Assembly (NCBI GenBank): GCA_965279035.1
Contig: OZ257142.1
Span: 960,001-1,024,000, forward strand
Length of the DNA: 64,000 bases
Direction of reading: 5' to 3'
Source of the DNA: Bacteroidia bacterium
GTDB lineage: Bacteria; Bacteroidota; Bacteroidia; M30B66
Part shown: piece by piece, positions 20,773 to 31,094 of the stretch
How positions within the stretch are numbered: position 1 is the first letter of the stretch
How the letters are laid out: each line of letters opens with the position of its first letter
The notes under the pieces: model-generated
What the model was told of the DNA's origin: nothing
What the model saw: the letters and a program-made list of their open reading frames with translations, nothing else
Databases searched by the model: none
Program-made: the position numbers and the translations under genes

Positions 20773-21861
20773 ATGGCAAAAAAAAGGAGTAAAGAGCTTT
20801 CGAAACGGAGGACATCAAAAGGTAAATCAGGAAGCTTTAAGCGCTTATTTCTAGCTCTTGGAGTGATTGTATTTATCTCCTTATGCATTTCATTTGGATA
20901 TTATTACAATCGTGTATTTCGCCCCAATTTAACTTTAGGTCAGCAAAAAACCGACTTCGTTTATATTCGAAGTACTGATTCATTTATTGACGTTGTAAAT
21001 CAACTCACCGAAAGAGGAATGTTACGAAACAGAGAATCGTTTATTTGGCTTTCTTCTTTTATGGATTACGATAAAAAGGTAAAAGCAGGACGCTTTCGAG
21101 TGAAAGATGGAATGAGCAACAGAGAGTTAGTTATGTTGCTCCGTTCGGGAAGACAAGAACCTATTCGAATCACCTTTCAAAATATACGAACCAAAGAAGA
21201 TTTAGCGAGTAAAGTTGGGCGTAATCTAGAAGCCGATTCATCCTCCGTGATGGAACTTTTAAATGATAGATCGCAGATGCAGCAATACGGATTAGATCCT
21301 CAACATGCGCTTTCTTTATTCATGCCCGATACCTACGAATTTTATTGGAATACAACTGCTCCCAAGTTTATAGATAAAATGGGAGTTACCTATTCGAAAT
21401 TCTGGACCGAAGAGCGATTAAATAAAGCAACACAAATGGGTTTAAGCCGAGGAGAAGTATGTGTTTTGGCTTCCATCATTGTTCAAGAGTCCAATAAAGC
21501 CGACGAATGGCCTATCATTGCAGGTGTGTATCTAAATCGACTTCATAAAGGAATGAAATTGCAAGCCGATCCAACCGTGAAATTTGCATTGAATGATTTT
21601 ACAATCAGGAGAATTCGTTCCAATCATCTTCAAGTTGAATCAGCCTATAATACCTACAAATATTCAGGATTGCCGCCCGGTCCCATTTACATGACAGGGA
21701 AAGGAAGTATTGATGCCGTTTTGAATTATCAATCACATAATTACCTTTACTTCTGTGCTCGGCCCGACCGATCAGGATATCATTCTTTTGCAGTTACATT
21801 TGAACAACATAAACAAAATGCACGAAGCTATCAGTCAAGTCTGAATGATCGTGGAATTTAA
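20773..21861 (+). CDS. mltG: Endolytic transglycosylase MltG
   Basis: Single TM, MPDTY, LASIIVQE, NRLHKGMKLQADPT and YNTYKYSGLPPGPI. Confidence 0.93.
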   Translation: MAKKRSKELSKRRTSKGKSGSFKRLFLALGVIVFISLCISFGYYYNRVFRPNLTLGQQKTDFVYIRSTDSFIDVVNQLTERGMLRNRESFIWLSSFMDYDKKVKAGRFRVKDGMSNRELVMLLRSGRQEPIRITFQNIRTKEDLASKVGRNLEADSSSVMELLNDRSQMQQYGLDPQHALSLFMPDTYEFYWNTTAPKFIDKMGVTYSKFWTEERLNKATQMGLSRGEVCVLASIIVQESNKADEWPIIAGVYLNRLHKGMKLQADPTVKFALNDFTIRRIRSNHLQVESAYNTYKYSGLPPGPIYMTGKGSIDAVLNYQSHNYLYFCARPDRSGYHSFAVTFEQHKQNARSYQSSLNDRGI

Positions 21862-21871
21862 TAATCACACT

Positions 21872-23278
21872 ATGACAAAGATTAAGTTTGGAACAGATGG
21901 CTGGCGTGCCATTATTGCCGAAGAATTTACAGTTGAAAATGTTGCTCGCGTTTCGGAAGCAACTGCCATTTGGTTGAAGAAAAATAATGCTTCACCTTCG
22001 GTTGTTATCGGTCACGACTGTCGATTTGCAGGTGAGCTATTTGCCGAAACTACCGCGAAAGTGATGATAAGTCATGGTGTTAAAGTATACTTAGCTAAAG
22101 GCTTTGTTTCAACACCGATGGTTTCGATGGGAGCAATCTCTTACAAAGCAAACTTAGGTGTAGTTTTAACAGCGAGTCATAATCCACCTTCCTACAATGG
22201 ATTTAAATTAAAAGGGAGTTATGGCGGACCATTGCTTCCAGATAAAATTGATGAAATAGAAGCCATCATACCAGAAATTGCTAATGCGAGTTGGAAAACA
22301 GTTTCACTTTCTGATGCAGAGAAATCGGGAGCTTGTGTTATTGTGGATTTGGAAAGTGATTATTGCAAACGCGTTGAAGAAAGCTTTGACTTAGAAGCTA
22401 TTCGGAATTCGAATTTGGAATTTGCTTACGATGCCATGTTTGGTGCTGGACAAAACGTAATTCGTCGATTGCTTCCAAATACAACATTGCTTCATTGTGA
22501 TTATAATCCTTCATTCGAAGGACAAGCTCCTGAACCGATTGCTAAAAATCTAACGGAATTTTCTGAGATGATTCGTTTGTCGGGAAATATCGATTGTGGT
22601 TTAGCTACCGATGGCGATGCTGATCGTATTGGACTATTTGATAGCGAAGGAAAATTTGTTGATTCTCACCACATCATACTTTTGTTAATCCATTATCTGA
22701 AGAAATACAAAGGGCTTGACGGTAAAGTGTGCACTGCTTTTTCATCAACTGTAAAAGTGAAAACCATGTGCGATTTTTATGGTTTGGACCTCGATGTTGT
22801 GAAGATCGGCTTCAAATACATTGCTGGAATTATGATTACAGATGATGTTCTTTTAGGTGGAGAAGAATCTGGAGGAATTGCAATCAAAGGACACATTCCT
22901 GAACGTGATGGAATTTGGATGGGCTTAGTGATTTGGGAATTCATGGCGAAATCGGGCAAAACGCTCGATCAGCTAATTGAAGAAGTGTATGAAATAACCG
23001 GCGCTTTTAGTGTTGATCGAAATGATTTGCATTTGGAAGAATCGGAGAAGCAACGCGTTATTGCATCTTGTAAAAATGGTGAAGTAAAAACAATTGGCAA
23101 CCGTCCTGTTATTCGTGTTGAAGACATGGATGGCTATAAGTTTTTCGTGAGTGAAGATGAATGGCTGATGGTTCGTCCTTCAGGTACTGAGCCATTATTA
23201 CGCGTGTATGCCGAAGCGCATGATCATGCTGGTGTATTGAAACTCATTGGAGATGCACGTAAGCAGTTTGGAATATGA
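21872..23278 (+). CDS. Phosphoglucomutase/phosphomannomutase family protein
   Basis: FGTDGWR, TASHNP, DGDADR, GEESGG and RPSGTEP. Confidence 0.92.
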   Translation: MTKIKFGTDGWRAIIAEEFTVENVARVSEATAIWLKKNNASPSVVIGHDCRFAGELFAETTAKVMISHGVKVYLAKGFVSTPMVSMGAISYKANLGVVLTASHNPPSYNGFKLKGSYGGPLLPDKIDEIEAIIPEIANASWKTVSLSDAEKSGACVIVDLESDYCKRVEESFDLEAIRNSNLEFAYDAMFGAGQNVIRRLLPNTTLLHCDYNPSFEGQAPEPIAKNLTEFSEMIRLSGNIDCGLATDGDADRIGLFDSEGKFVDSHHIILLLIHYLKKYKGLDGKVCTAFSSTVKVKTMCDFYGLDLDVVKIGFKYIAGIMITDDVLLGGEESGGIAIKGHIPERDGIWMGLVIWEFMAKSGKTLDQLIEEVYEITGAFSVDRNDLHLEESEKQRVIASCKNGEVKTIGNRPVIRVEDMDGYKFFVSEDEWLMVRPSGTEPLLRVYAEAHDHAGVLKLIGDARKQFGI

Positions 23279-24180
23279 TAATTAGAAAATGGTTGTCATT
23301 GATTGGACTTAGCCTATTGCTAGGGAATTCGTTAGCACAAGCTCAAACAATTACTACAATTGAGGTTGAATCTCAAGGGACAATTACATTTAGTCCTGAT
23401 AGTTTTGTAGTAAAAATATTCTTGGATTATTCTTCGATAAATATCTCAGATCGTCTAAGTGAAGAGAGATTCTCCGAGGAAATTGTCGATGTGCCCGTTG
23501 AAACGTATATGTCGGAAATGGACTTTAATACAGTTGTTGAAGATGCTAGCCCTCCTGTAATTGAGGAGGAAAAATCGCCTGAGCAATCACGTTTGGAACG
23601 TGAGCGATATCGAAGAATGGAAGATTCACTGCAATCAATAAAAGAAAAACGCTTGCTCGAATTCATGACAAAAATTAAATCATTGGGAGTTCTCTTTCCA
23701 AAAACTGATTCGGAGCAGTCGGGATATCGTTTTCGTTCAAATTCGTGGGTGCAGAATTTCACTTCTACTCAGTACAGAGAAATCGATTCATTAAGCAGAC
23801 AATACGGTCGTCCTTTAAGTATGGAAATGATTGATATTAAAATGAAAAATCATGATATATTAAAAGAAGGTGCTTACCGTCAAGCGATTGAAAATAGTAA
23901 AAAAGAGGCGGAGATTTTGGCGAAAGCGATGGGCCGAAAAGTGGGTAAAATGGCAAATGTTAAAACCGAAGCTATTGACGTGATGGATTTACTTCCAATG
24001 ATGCTGCGAAAGGAAATTCAGCGTGAGGTTCGAAAGAGTGATCGTTTCATGCAACCAACACTATATCAACTTAACCAAGAGCTTGGGACTGATTTGTTTG
24101 ATAAAGATCGATATGATAATAAGCAGACCATATTTTGGACTTGGACTGAAAAGATTCATGTCACATATCTTTTGAATTAG
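23275..24180 (+). CDS. SIMPL (DUF541)-like secreted protein
   Basis: Signal peptide; TIEVESQG..FSPD at the N-terminus; AIENSKKEAEILAKAMGRKVG; terminal IHVTY strand. Confidence 0.6.
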   Translation: MIIRKWLSLIGLSLLLGNSLAQAQTITTIEVESQGTITFSPDSFVVKIFLDYSSINISDRLSEERFSEEIVDVPVETYMSEMDFNTVVEDASPPVIEEEKSPEQSRLERERYRRMEDSLQSIKEKRLLEFMTKIKSLGVLFPKTDSEQSGYRFRSNSWVQNFTSTQYREIDSLSRQYGRPLSMEMIDIKMKNHDILKEGAYRQAIENSKKEAEILAKAMGRKVGKMANVKTEAIDVMDLLPMMLRKEIQREVRKSDRFMQPTLYQLNQELGTDLFDKDRYDNKQTIFWTWTEKIHVTYLLN

Positions 24181-24202
24181 TACCTTTTAGATTGTTTTTA
24201 GG

Positions 24203-24235
24203 AATCTCGGTTGCATTCGTAATCGGGATTTTTTT
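24203..24235 (+). terminator. Intrinsic terminator
   Basis: AATCTCGGTTGC-attc-GTAATCGGGATT (with G-U pairs) followed by a T-run. Confidence 0.7.
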
Positions 24236-24359
24236 ATGAATACTAAAACCGATATTCTTCCTTAGATTAATTCTGATTGGTATCGTTTCTTCGGTTTTAT
24301 TTCAGAGTTGAATGAATCTAGAAGAATGATTAAACTTTTGTAATCATTGTCAATTGGGT

Positions 24360-24398
24360 AAAAAAATAAAGCCTTGCTGAATGAACAACAAGGCTTTA
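24360..24398 (-). terminator. rplS terminator
   Basis: TAAAGCCTTG...CAAGGCTTTA hairpin; the adjacent A-run on + reads as a U-run on the minus strand. Confidence 0.75.
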
Positions 24399-24422
24399 GT
24401 ATAAGAACAAAGCTTAAGTTGG

Positions 24423-24770
24423 CTATACCATCTTTTCTTTGATACGAGCTTTTTTACCTTTCAGATCGCGGATGTAGAAAATTCGTGCACGACGAACAAC
24501 ACCACGCTTATTCACTTCGATTTTATCGATGAAAGGAGAATTGTCAGGAAAGATACGCTCTACTCCTAAGCTGTTTGAAATTTTACGAACGGTGAACGTA
24601 CGAGTAACTCCAGCACCTTTACGTTGAATAACAACGCCTTGGTATTGCTGAATACGCTCTTTTTCACCTTCTTTAATTTTATAATGAACAGTGATGGTAT
24701 CTCCGGCTTTGAAAGCTGGAAGCTCACGTTTCTCGATAAGCTGACTGGCAATTTGTGAAAGGAAGTCCAT
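24423..24770 (-). CDS. rplS: 50S ribosomal protein L19
   Basis: [36 protein letters not shown] and [10 protein letters not shown]; real start at ATG 24770. Confidence 0.97.
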   Translation of the reverse strand: MDFLSQIASQLIEKRELPAFKAGDTITVHYKIKEGEKERIQQYQGVVIQRKGAGVTRTFTVRKISNSLGVERIFPDNSPFIDKIEVNKRGVVRRARIFYIRDLKGKKARIKEKMV

Positions 24771-24850
24771 TGTGATTTTCCTACTGGTTTCTAAAAAGGA
24801 GTGCAATATTAGGGAAATATTCCTTTCAAACTGCAAACAAATTGAAAAAA

Positions 24851-25528
24851 TTATTCATCCAATAAATCTGGCCTACGGATACGTGTCCTCTCAAGTGATT
24901 GTTCAAAGCGCCATTGGTCAACTGCTGGAGTATTTCCACTCAATAAAATATCAGGAACTTTCCAACCACGGTATTCTGCCGGACGCGTATAAACTGGTGG
25001 CGCCAATAAATTGTCCTGAAATGAATCGGTTAATGCAGATGTTTCGTCATTTAGAACACCTGGAATTAATCGAATAATCGCATCCGAAACAACCGCTGCG
25101 GCTAATTCACCTCCAGATAGTACATAATCACCAATGGAAATTTCACGTGTAATGAAATGTTCGCGTACACGTTCGTCAATTCCTTTATAATGTCCGCAAA
25201 CAATGGCAATGCGGTTTAAGGTTGAAAGTTGATTGGCTATCGATTGCTTAAAACGCTCTCCATCGGGAGTCATATAAAGGATCTCATCAAATTTCCCTTG
25301 AGCTTGTAAATGTTCAATGCATCGAACTATCGGATCCATCATCATCACCATTCCGGCTCCGCCACCAAAAGCGTAATCATCCACACTCTTATGTTTATCT
25401 TGAGAATAATCCCGAAGATTATTAATAAAAACACTCACCAATTCTTTCTGCTGCGCACGTTTTAAAATAGAATGTGCAAATGGGCTATCGAGAAGTTCCG
25501 GTAATACTGTTATGATATGAATTTCCAT
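24851..25528 (-). CDS. trmD: tRNA (guanine-N1)-methyltransferase
   Basis: [34 protein letters not shown] and YTRP. Confidence 0.97.
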   Translation of the reverse strand: MEIHIITVLPELLDSPFAHSILKRAQQKELVSVFINNLRDYSQDKHKSVDDYAFGGGAGMVMMMDPIVRCIEHLQAQGKFDEILYMTPDGERFKQSIANQLSTLNRIAIVCGHYKGIDERVREHFITREISIGDYVLSGGELAAAVVSDAIIRLIPGVLNDETSALTDSFQDNLLAPPVYTRPAEYRGWKVPDILLSGNTPAVDQWRFEQSLERTRIRRPDLLDE

Positions 25529-25628
25529 CGCATGCGAAATTAAGAGATTTAAGAAAGCGATGATTGGGTACATTTGTCGCCACTGTTTTATCTCTTTCCC
25601 TTTATATTTGCTTGCAAGATTGAATTTC

Positions 25629-26624
25629 ATGAACGATCAAAGACCAAACATTAGCAAGGAACAAATCCTTGAAATCTATAAGAAACCATTGTTAGAACTG
25701 GTATTCGAAGCAGCAACAATCCATCGCCAATACAATGTTGGTTCGGAAGTTCAAGTGAGTTCACTTATTTCTATCAAAACGGGTGGCTGCTCCGAAGACT
25801 GTGGATATTGTCCTCAAGCTGCGCGTTATTCAACCGGCTTGGAAGCACATAAACTGATGAGCGTAGAGCAAGTAACCGCCTATGCCAATAAAGCCAAAGA
25901 AGGTGGTGCTTCCCGTGTTTGTATGGGAGCTGCTTGGAGAGAAGTGCGCGATAATCGCGATTTTGATCGTGTGATTGAAATGGTTCAAGCGGTTAATTCG
26001 ATGGATATGGAAGTGTGTTGTACTTTAGGTATGATCACCGAACACCAAGCACAACGCTTAGCCGATGCAGGACTTTATGCCTATAATCACAACATTGATA
26101 CTTCCGAAGAGAATTACAGTAATATCATTTCAACTCGGAACTTTGATGATCGTTTGAATACAATCAAAAATGTCCGTAAGGCAAACATTACCGTATGTTC
26201 GGGTGGAATTATCGGACTTGGAGAAACAGAAGAAGATCGTTGTGGTATGCTTCATACACTTGTAAATCTTCCCGTACATCCTGAATCAGTTCCTATTAAT
26301 GCCTTGGTTGCAGTTGAAGGAACTCCTTTAGAAAATCAACCACCAGTCCCGATTTGGGATATGGTTCGTATGATTGCAACTACACGAATATTGATGCCTG
26401 AAACTATGGTGAGACTTTCGGCTGGTCGTCAACAAATGTCATTAGAAGGACAAGCTTTATGTTTTCTTGCAGGTGCCAATTCAATCTTTGCTGGTGAAAA
26501 GCTTTTGACAACACCGAATCCTGAATTTGACACGGATATGGAAATGTTCAAGATTTTTGGACTAACTCCAAAAGCTCCTTTTAAAGAAAAGAAACGGATC
26601 GTTGTGGAGGAATCAGTAAACTAA
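25629..26624 (+). CDS. bioB: Biotin synthase
   Basis: Radical [30 protein letters not shown] and AGANSIF. Confidence 0.97.
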   Translation: MNDQRPNISKEQILEIYKKPLLELVFEAATIHRQYNVGSEVQVSSLISIKTGGCSEDCGYCPQAARYSTGLEAHKLMSVEQVTAYANKAKEGGASRVCMGAAWREVRDNRDFDRVIEMVQAVNSMDMEVCCTLGMITEHQAQRLADAGLYAYNHNIDTSEENYSNIISTRNFDDRLNTIKNVRKANITVCSGGIIGLGETEEDRCGMLHTLVNLPVHPESVPINALVAVEGTPLENQPPVPIWDMVRMIATTRILMPETMVRLSAGRQQMSLEGQALCFLAGANSIFAGEKLLTTPNPEFDTDMEMFKIFGLTPKAPFKEKKRIVVEESVN

Positions 26625-26638
26625 TTTGAATTTTTAAA

Positions 26639-27466
26639 ATGAAAGCTCTTATTCGACATCTCGTTTTGGGTTTTTCATTTTTAGTTCAATCACTTTCTGC
26701 CCAAGTTGCACCTGTTTATTCGGATCCATTAAATGTAGTTTCAACCCAAGACCCCATCTTAATTCAAGCAATGAATATGATGCGAGTTGGAGATTCTGAA
26801 GGAGCATTGCGTGTTTTGAAGAAGAATAAAACAGGCTCAGAAAATTCATATGCTTCTTATTTCTTAACGGGTGTAGCTTATCGTCAAGTAGGCGATTTAA
26901 CCGAAGCCATTCAGGCATTTACCCAATCGGTTCATGAAGATGGATTCTTTATTCCTGGCTTTTTCGAACGCGGAAATTGTTATTTATATCGACAGAATTT
27001 TGGCTTAGCCGTCTTCGATTATGATCGGGTTTTATTACTCGATAGTACATTTTTACCTGCGTATAATAACCGAGCTTATGCCCGAATACGCAATTATGGC
27101 GAACAAGGAAATCCAACTCAACAACTTAAATTTGCGAAAGCAGATTTGCTGAAGATTATTCAAATAACAGCTGCTCGGGGCGATGCTCCCCGTTTTGAAT
27201 ATTTTTTCAATATTGGATTAATCGATCTTTATTCATCCGAATATCGTTTGGCGGCTGATAGTTTTTCAAAGGCCATACTTGCTGATAGTACGGTTCCGAA
27301 ATCTTATTACTACCGCGGTGCTGCATTGTTTCTAGCTCGTTCGTATGAAGAAGCGGCAGTCGATTTTAGAAAGTCGGAAGAGATGGGATTTATTCATTCC
27401 AATACACCTGAATTTCTTCGAATCATCGATTTAGTGGAACATTATCAGCAGGAACATCACGAATGA
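26639..27466 (+). CDS. Secreted TPR protein
   Basis: Signal peptide; TPR-like repeats (GFFERGNCY, AYNNRAYA, YYYRGAA). Confidence 0.75.
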   Translation: MKALIRHLVLGFSFLVQSLSAQVAPVYSDPLNVVSTQDPILIQAMNMMRVGDSEGALRVLKKNKTGSENSYASYFLTGVAYRQVGDLTEAIQAFTQSVHEDGFFIPGFFERGNCYLYRQNFGLAVFDYDRVLLLDSTFLPAYNNRAYARIRNYGEQGNPTQQLKFAKADLLKIIQITAARGDAPRFEYFFNIGLIDLYSSEYRLAADSFSKAILADSTVPKSYYYRGAALFLARSYEEAAVDFRKSEEMGFIHSNTPEFLRIIDLVEHYQQEHHE

Positions 27467-28596
27467 AGATTCACACAATTCCTGAGAATTTAATCAATCG
27501 TCTAAAAGAACGAGAAGAACAAGGATTATTCAGAAAACTTCGAAATACTGAAGGTTTGATTGACTTTTGTTCGAACGATTATTTGGGTTTAGCAAGAGAG
27601 GTTTCCATTCATGAACGAGTTGAAAATGCAAGCACTTCGTTTAAGTATCAACTAAATGGTTCAACTGGCTCCAGATTGATTCGAGGGAATTCCTTTCAAG
27701 CGGAAGAATTAGAAATAGAACTTGCCAACTTTCATCAAGATGAGTCGGCATTGCTTTTTAATTCAGGATATGATGCCAATCTGGGATTCTTTTCCAGTGT
27801 GCCTCAACGAAACGACACAATCTTATACGATAAATTCATACATGCTTCTGTGCATGATGGAATTCGATTGTCTTTTGCAAAATCACATGCATTCAAGCAC
27901 AATGATATTGATGATGCTCGGAGGTTAATTAAGCAATCGTCTGGACAAGTTTATATTACAGTTGAAAGTCTTTATTCGATGGACGGAGATTTTGCTCCTC
28001 TCCTCGAATTGGCCGATTTGTGTGCTCAAACAGGTGCACTTTTAGTAGTTGATGAAGCTCATGCCAATGGAGTTTTTGGACCCGAAGGAAGAGGATTAAC
28101 ATCTGACAAACGAATTGCTGAAGCTTGCATTGCACGAATTTTTACGTTTGGAAAAGCGCTCGGGGCACAAGGTGCTGTCGTAGTAGGATCTCAATTCCTT
28201 AAGGATTACCTGATAAATTTTGCCCGTTCGTTTATATATACTACGGCATTACCACTTTCAGATATTATCACCATTCAATCGGCTTATTCCTTTTTACGTT
28301 CAAATCCTGACCGAAGAGAATTCCTTTTTAATAATATTCAGTTTTACAAAGAGCAACAAAAGGGAATAAGTCATCTCCGATTTTTAGAAGCCGATGGTCC
28401 TGTTCAAGGAATTTACATGCGAAATAATAAGGAGGCAGTACGTGTATCAGAAGTGTTGAAGGAAAATGGATTTGATATTCGTGCAATTTTATCTCCCACA
28501 GTCCCAGCTGGTACTGAACGAATTCGTATTTGTATACATAGTTTTAATACTCCACTCGAGATTCAAAATCTCTTTGAATTACTGAAGGTTATTTAA
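27463..28596 (+). CDS. bioF: 8-amino-7-oxononanoate synthase
   Basis: FCSNDYLGL, GSTGSRL, NSGYDAN, HASVHDG, DEAH, TFGKA and PTVPAG; near bioB. Confidence 0.9.
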   Translation: MKIHTIPENLINRLKEREEQGLFRKLRNTEGLIDFCSNDYLGLAREVSIHERVENASTSFKYQLNGSTGSRLIRGNSFQAEELEIELANFHQDESALLFNSGYDANLGFFSSVPQRNDTILYDKFIHASVHDGIRLSFAKSHAFKHNDIDDARRLIKQSSGQVYITVESLYSMDGDFAPLLELADLCAQTGALLVVDEAHANGVFGPEGRGLTSDKRIAEACIARIFTFGKALGAQGAVVVGSQFLKDYLINFARSFIYTTALPLSDIITIQSAYSFLRSNPDRREFLFNNIQFYKEQQKGISHLRFLEADGPVQGIYMRNNKEAVRVSEVLKENGFDIRAILSPTVPAGTERIRICIHSFNTPLEIQNLFELLKVI

Positions 28597-28623
28597 ACTG
28601 TTCTCATTTTTTTTTAGAAATCG

Positions 28624-28654
28624 TTTGGAGAATTCAAAAAACAACCTACTTTTG
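28624..28654 (+). promoter_or_regulatory. Bacteroidota sigma-A promoter of rpmH
   Basis: TTTG (28624-28627), 19-nt spacer, TACTTTTG (28647-28654). Confidence 0.8.
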
Positions 28655-28674
28655 CGTTCCCAAATTTTAGAGCC

Positions 28675-28833
28675 ATGGTAAGAACGTATCAGCCCTCGAT
28701 CCGGAAGAGAAGAAACAAACACGGGTTCCGTGAACGCATGTCGTCCGCTAATGGTCGTCGTGTATTGGCTGCACGTCGTGCCCGCGGCAGAAAACGTTTG
28801 ACAGTGTCAAGCGATAAGCTACACAAGCGTTAA
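28675..28833 (+). CDS. rpmH: 50S ribosomal protein L34
   Basis: Missing from the ORF track. Manual translation: [52 protein letters not shown]. Confidence 0.97.
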   Translation: MVRTYQPSIRKRRNKHGFRERMSSANGRRVLAARRARGRKRLTVSSDKLHKR

Positions 28834-28853
28834 TTTCATCCAAAAATATCCGG

Positions 28854-28877
28854 AAGCGGCCTTGTGCCGCTTTTTTT
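28854..28877 (+). terminator. rpmH terminator
   Basis: AAGCGGC-cttgt-GCCGCTT followed by a T-run. Confidence 0.85.
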
Positions 28878-29679
28878 ATGCCTTCCAATAAAGGGCAAGA
28901 AGCTTTGCTGCTTTATCGCTTAATAGATTGTGTCCAGCTTCAAGTTCAATGAGTTGAATTCCATGAAGTTTTGACCTAGCCGTATTCCGTGTTTTGGAAA
29001 ATGGAATTACTTTATCTGTTTTACCCAAAATACACAATGCAGCAATTTTTCTTTTCTCCATGTATTGTTGAATAATACTGTATTGCGGTATCGCTTTCCG
29101 ATATGCCATCCAGGTATCAAACAATTGTTGTCTCTTCGACAAAGTGCTTATTTCATTGTAGTAGAAATCGCCCACTTTTTTAGGTAGAATTTTTAACGAA
29201 ACCCCAAGTTTAATTAATCCAAAGGCAAAATTGGGTGATTGAATAAAACTTCGGAAAATGAAATTTCCCATGCGGTTTTGTGTGAGCAAACGATACGTTT
29301 TAGAAACTGGCAAACCATCTGGAGCAAGCAAAATCATTTCAGAAATCCATTGGGGAAACCAACTCGATAAACTCAGTACGATTCTACCACCAATTGAGAA
29401 TCCGATTAAGCCAACTTGTGTTTGACCTAACTTCTCTAAGATTGCTTCCATCCATAGTTTCGCATACGATTCATCGAACAAGAAACCCTTTTTAATTTCA
29501 GCATTGTCACCGTGAAATGCTAAGTCAATGGCGAGTATGCTGTATTTGTCTTTAGTAATTTCTGAAAAATGTTGGAACAGAGAAGAATGCTGTCCATATC
29601 CATGAAAGGCAATTAACCAGGTTTTTCCCGAACCGAAGCACTTAGCATTCCATCGAATATCTCCGGCTTGAAATTCCAT
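28876..29679 (-). CDS. Alpha/beta hydrolase
   Basis: FHGYG oxyanion loop, GFSIG nucleophile elbow, GKTDKVI acid and AGH histidine. Confidence 0.85.
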   Translation of the reverse strand: MEFQAGDIRWNAKCFGSGKTWLIAFHGYGQHSSLFQHFSEITKDKYSILAIDLAFHGDNAEIKKGFLFDESYAKLWMEAILEKLGQTQVGLIGFSIGGRIVLSLSSWFPQWISEMILLAPDGLPVSKTYRLLTQNRMGNFIFRSFIQSPNFAFGLIKLGVSLKILPKKVGDFYYNEISTLSKRQQLFDTWMAYRKAIPQYSIIQQYMEKRKIAALCILGKTDKVIPFSKTRNTARSKLHGIQLIELEAGHNLLSDKAAKLLALYWKA

Positions 29680-29771
29680 TTCTCAATTTAGAACAATGAA
29701 AGTAATGATTCCTTTGAGATTTCAAATCAACAAACAGAAAGTAGCAATGTTGAATTTATACCTTTGAAGCC

Positions 29772-31094
29772 TTGGAAGTCCTGCTAACACTATTTTATTT
29801 CCTCATTGCACTTTTCATTGTTTGGAAGTGGAAAGCCTTTTATATCCCCGGATTACCTCGTTATTCAGCCCCAGTCATCTTCCTACTTAAATTTATAGCA
29901 GGGCTAGGCTTAGCTTGGGTTTATAAAGAATATTATACAGATCGATCAACAGCAGATATTTACAAACTCTTTGATGATTCCCGGTATATGGCTGATGCGC
30001 TCTACGATAAACCGGGCGATTTCTTTAAAATGATCTCGGGGCTAGATCAAAATGCCCCCTATTTCGATCATTACTATTTTCAAATGAATAATTGGTATCG
30101 TCCGTATGATGTTGAAACCGGCGTTTATAATGATACCAGAACTTTAATCCGTTTGAATGCAATCGTTCGGATTTTCTCGTTCGGAATATACTCTGTGCAT
30201 ATTTTAGTGTGGTGTTTCATTTCATTATTAGGGCTTTCCTTTATCTACCGAACCTTTTATCGTTTCAATAACGATCATCCCTATTTATTCGCTGGATCCA
30301 TCTTTCTATTGCCTTCTGTGCTTTGCTGGGGATCGGGAGTTTTAAAAGAAGGACTTGTTTTTTTGTTGATTGGTGTATTTGTTTCGGCACTTTTCCGATG
30401 GACGATGGTGAAGTTTCGATGGATTTATCCTGTGATGATTATTGCTTCTATCCTCGGGTTTTATCTGTTGAAGATTTACATTCTCATTGCTTTGATTCCA
30501 GGATCAATCGCTTTAATCGTCTGTAAAATCAACCAGTTTAAGCGAGTTCGGATTTGGTTCTTTACGAGTTTAGTTGTTATTGGAATCATTGGGTTAAACA
30601 TCCAGTATATCATTCCATCCATCAATTTTCTCGAAATAATTGCACTCAAGCAACAAGCAATTCTTCGCTTAGCTTATTATACTGATTCGGGAAGTGTATT
30701 AGAAGTAAATCCTTTGCAACCTTCATTTCTTAGTATGATGCGAAATCTGCCTGAAGCCTTATTCAATGCAGCATTTCGGCCAAGTATTATTGATGCTACC
30801 AATATGCTTCAATGGTTTGCTGCTTTTGAAAACGCCTTTATCATCATTTGTTTTTTTCTAGCCATTGGCTTGTACAAACCTCAAGTTGATCCTGTAAAAA
30901 GAGCCGCTGGATTGTTTTGCATCAGCTTCGTTTTTGTTTTGTATGCAATCATTGGCTTAAGTACTCCTATTTTAGGAACGCTCGTCCGTTTTAGAATGCC
31001 AGCTTTACCTTTCTTATTTATTGCTTTCCTTTTGTTTTCGGATATCCCTCGTCTGATTGCAATTAAAAATGAATTACTCCACAATGGAAAATGA
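29772..31094 (+). CDS. Polytopic membrane protein, possibly GT-C/Wzy-like
   Basis: About 10 hydrophobic segments, a loop YY..xD after the second TM, PSVLCWGSGVLKEG and GTLVRFR; TTG start. Confidence 0.55.
   Translation: MEVLLTLFYFLIALFIVWKWKAFYIPGLPRYSAPVIFLLKFIAGLGLAWVYKEYYTDRSTADIYKLFDDSRYMADALYDKPGDFFKMISGLDQNAPYFDHYYFQMNNWYRPYDVETGVYNDTRTLIRLNAIVRIFSFGIYSVHILVWCFISLLGLSFIYRTFYRFNNDHPYLFAGSIFLLPSVLCWGSGVLKEGLVFLLIGVFVSALFRWTMVKFRWIYPVMIIASILGFYLLKIYILIALIPGSIALIVCKINQFKRVRIWFFTSLVVIGIIGLNIQYIIPSINFLEIIALKQQAILRLAYYTDSGSVLEVNPLQPSFLSMMRNLPEALFNAAFRPSIIDATNMLQWFAAFENAFIIICFFLAIGLYKPQVDPVKRAAGLFCISFVFVLYAIIGLSTPILGTLVRFRMPALPFLFIAFLLFSDIPRLIAIKNELLHNGK

Noticed and set aside
24244-24299. TAAAACCGA/TCGGTTTTA inverted repeat between two convergent terminators (MITE or sRNA?)
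   Set aside because: Only 9 bp, AT-rich, single copy, with no target duplication or promoter evident.
24423-28833. trmD-rplS without rpsP-rimM, and rpmH without rnpA/yidC/dnaA
   Set aside because: Such split arrangements are common in Bacteroidota, and I saw no DnaA-box cluster suggesting oriC.
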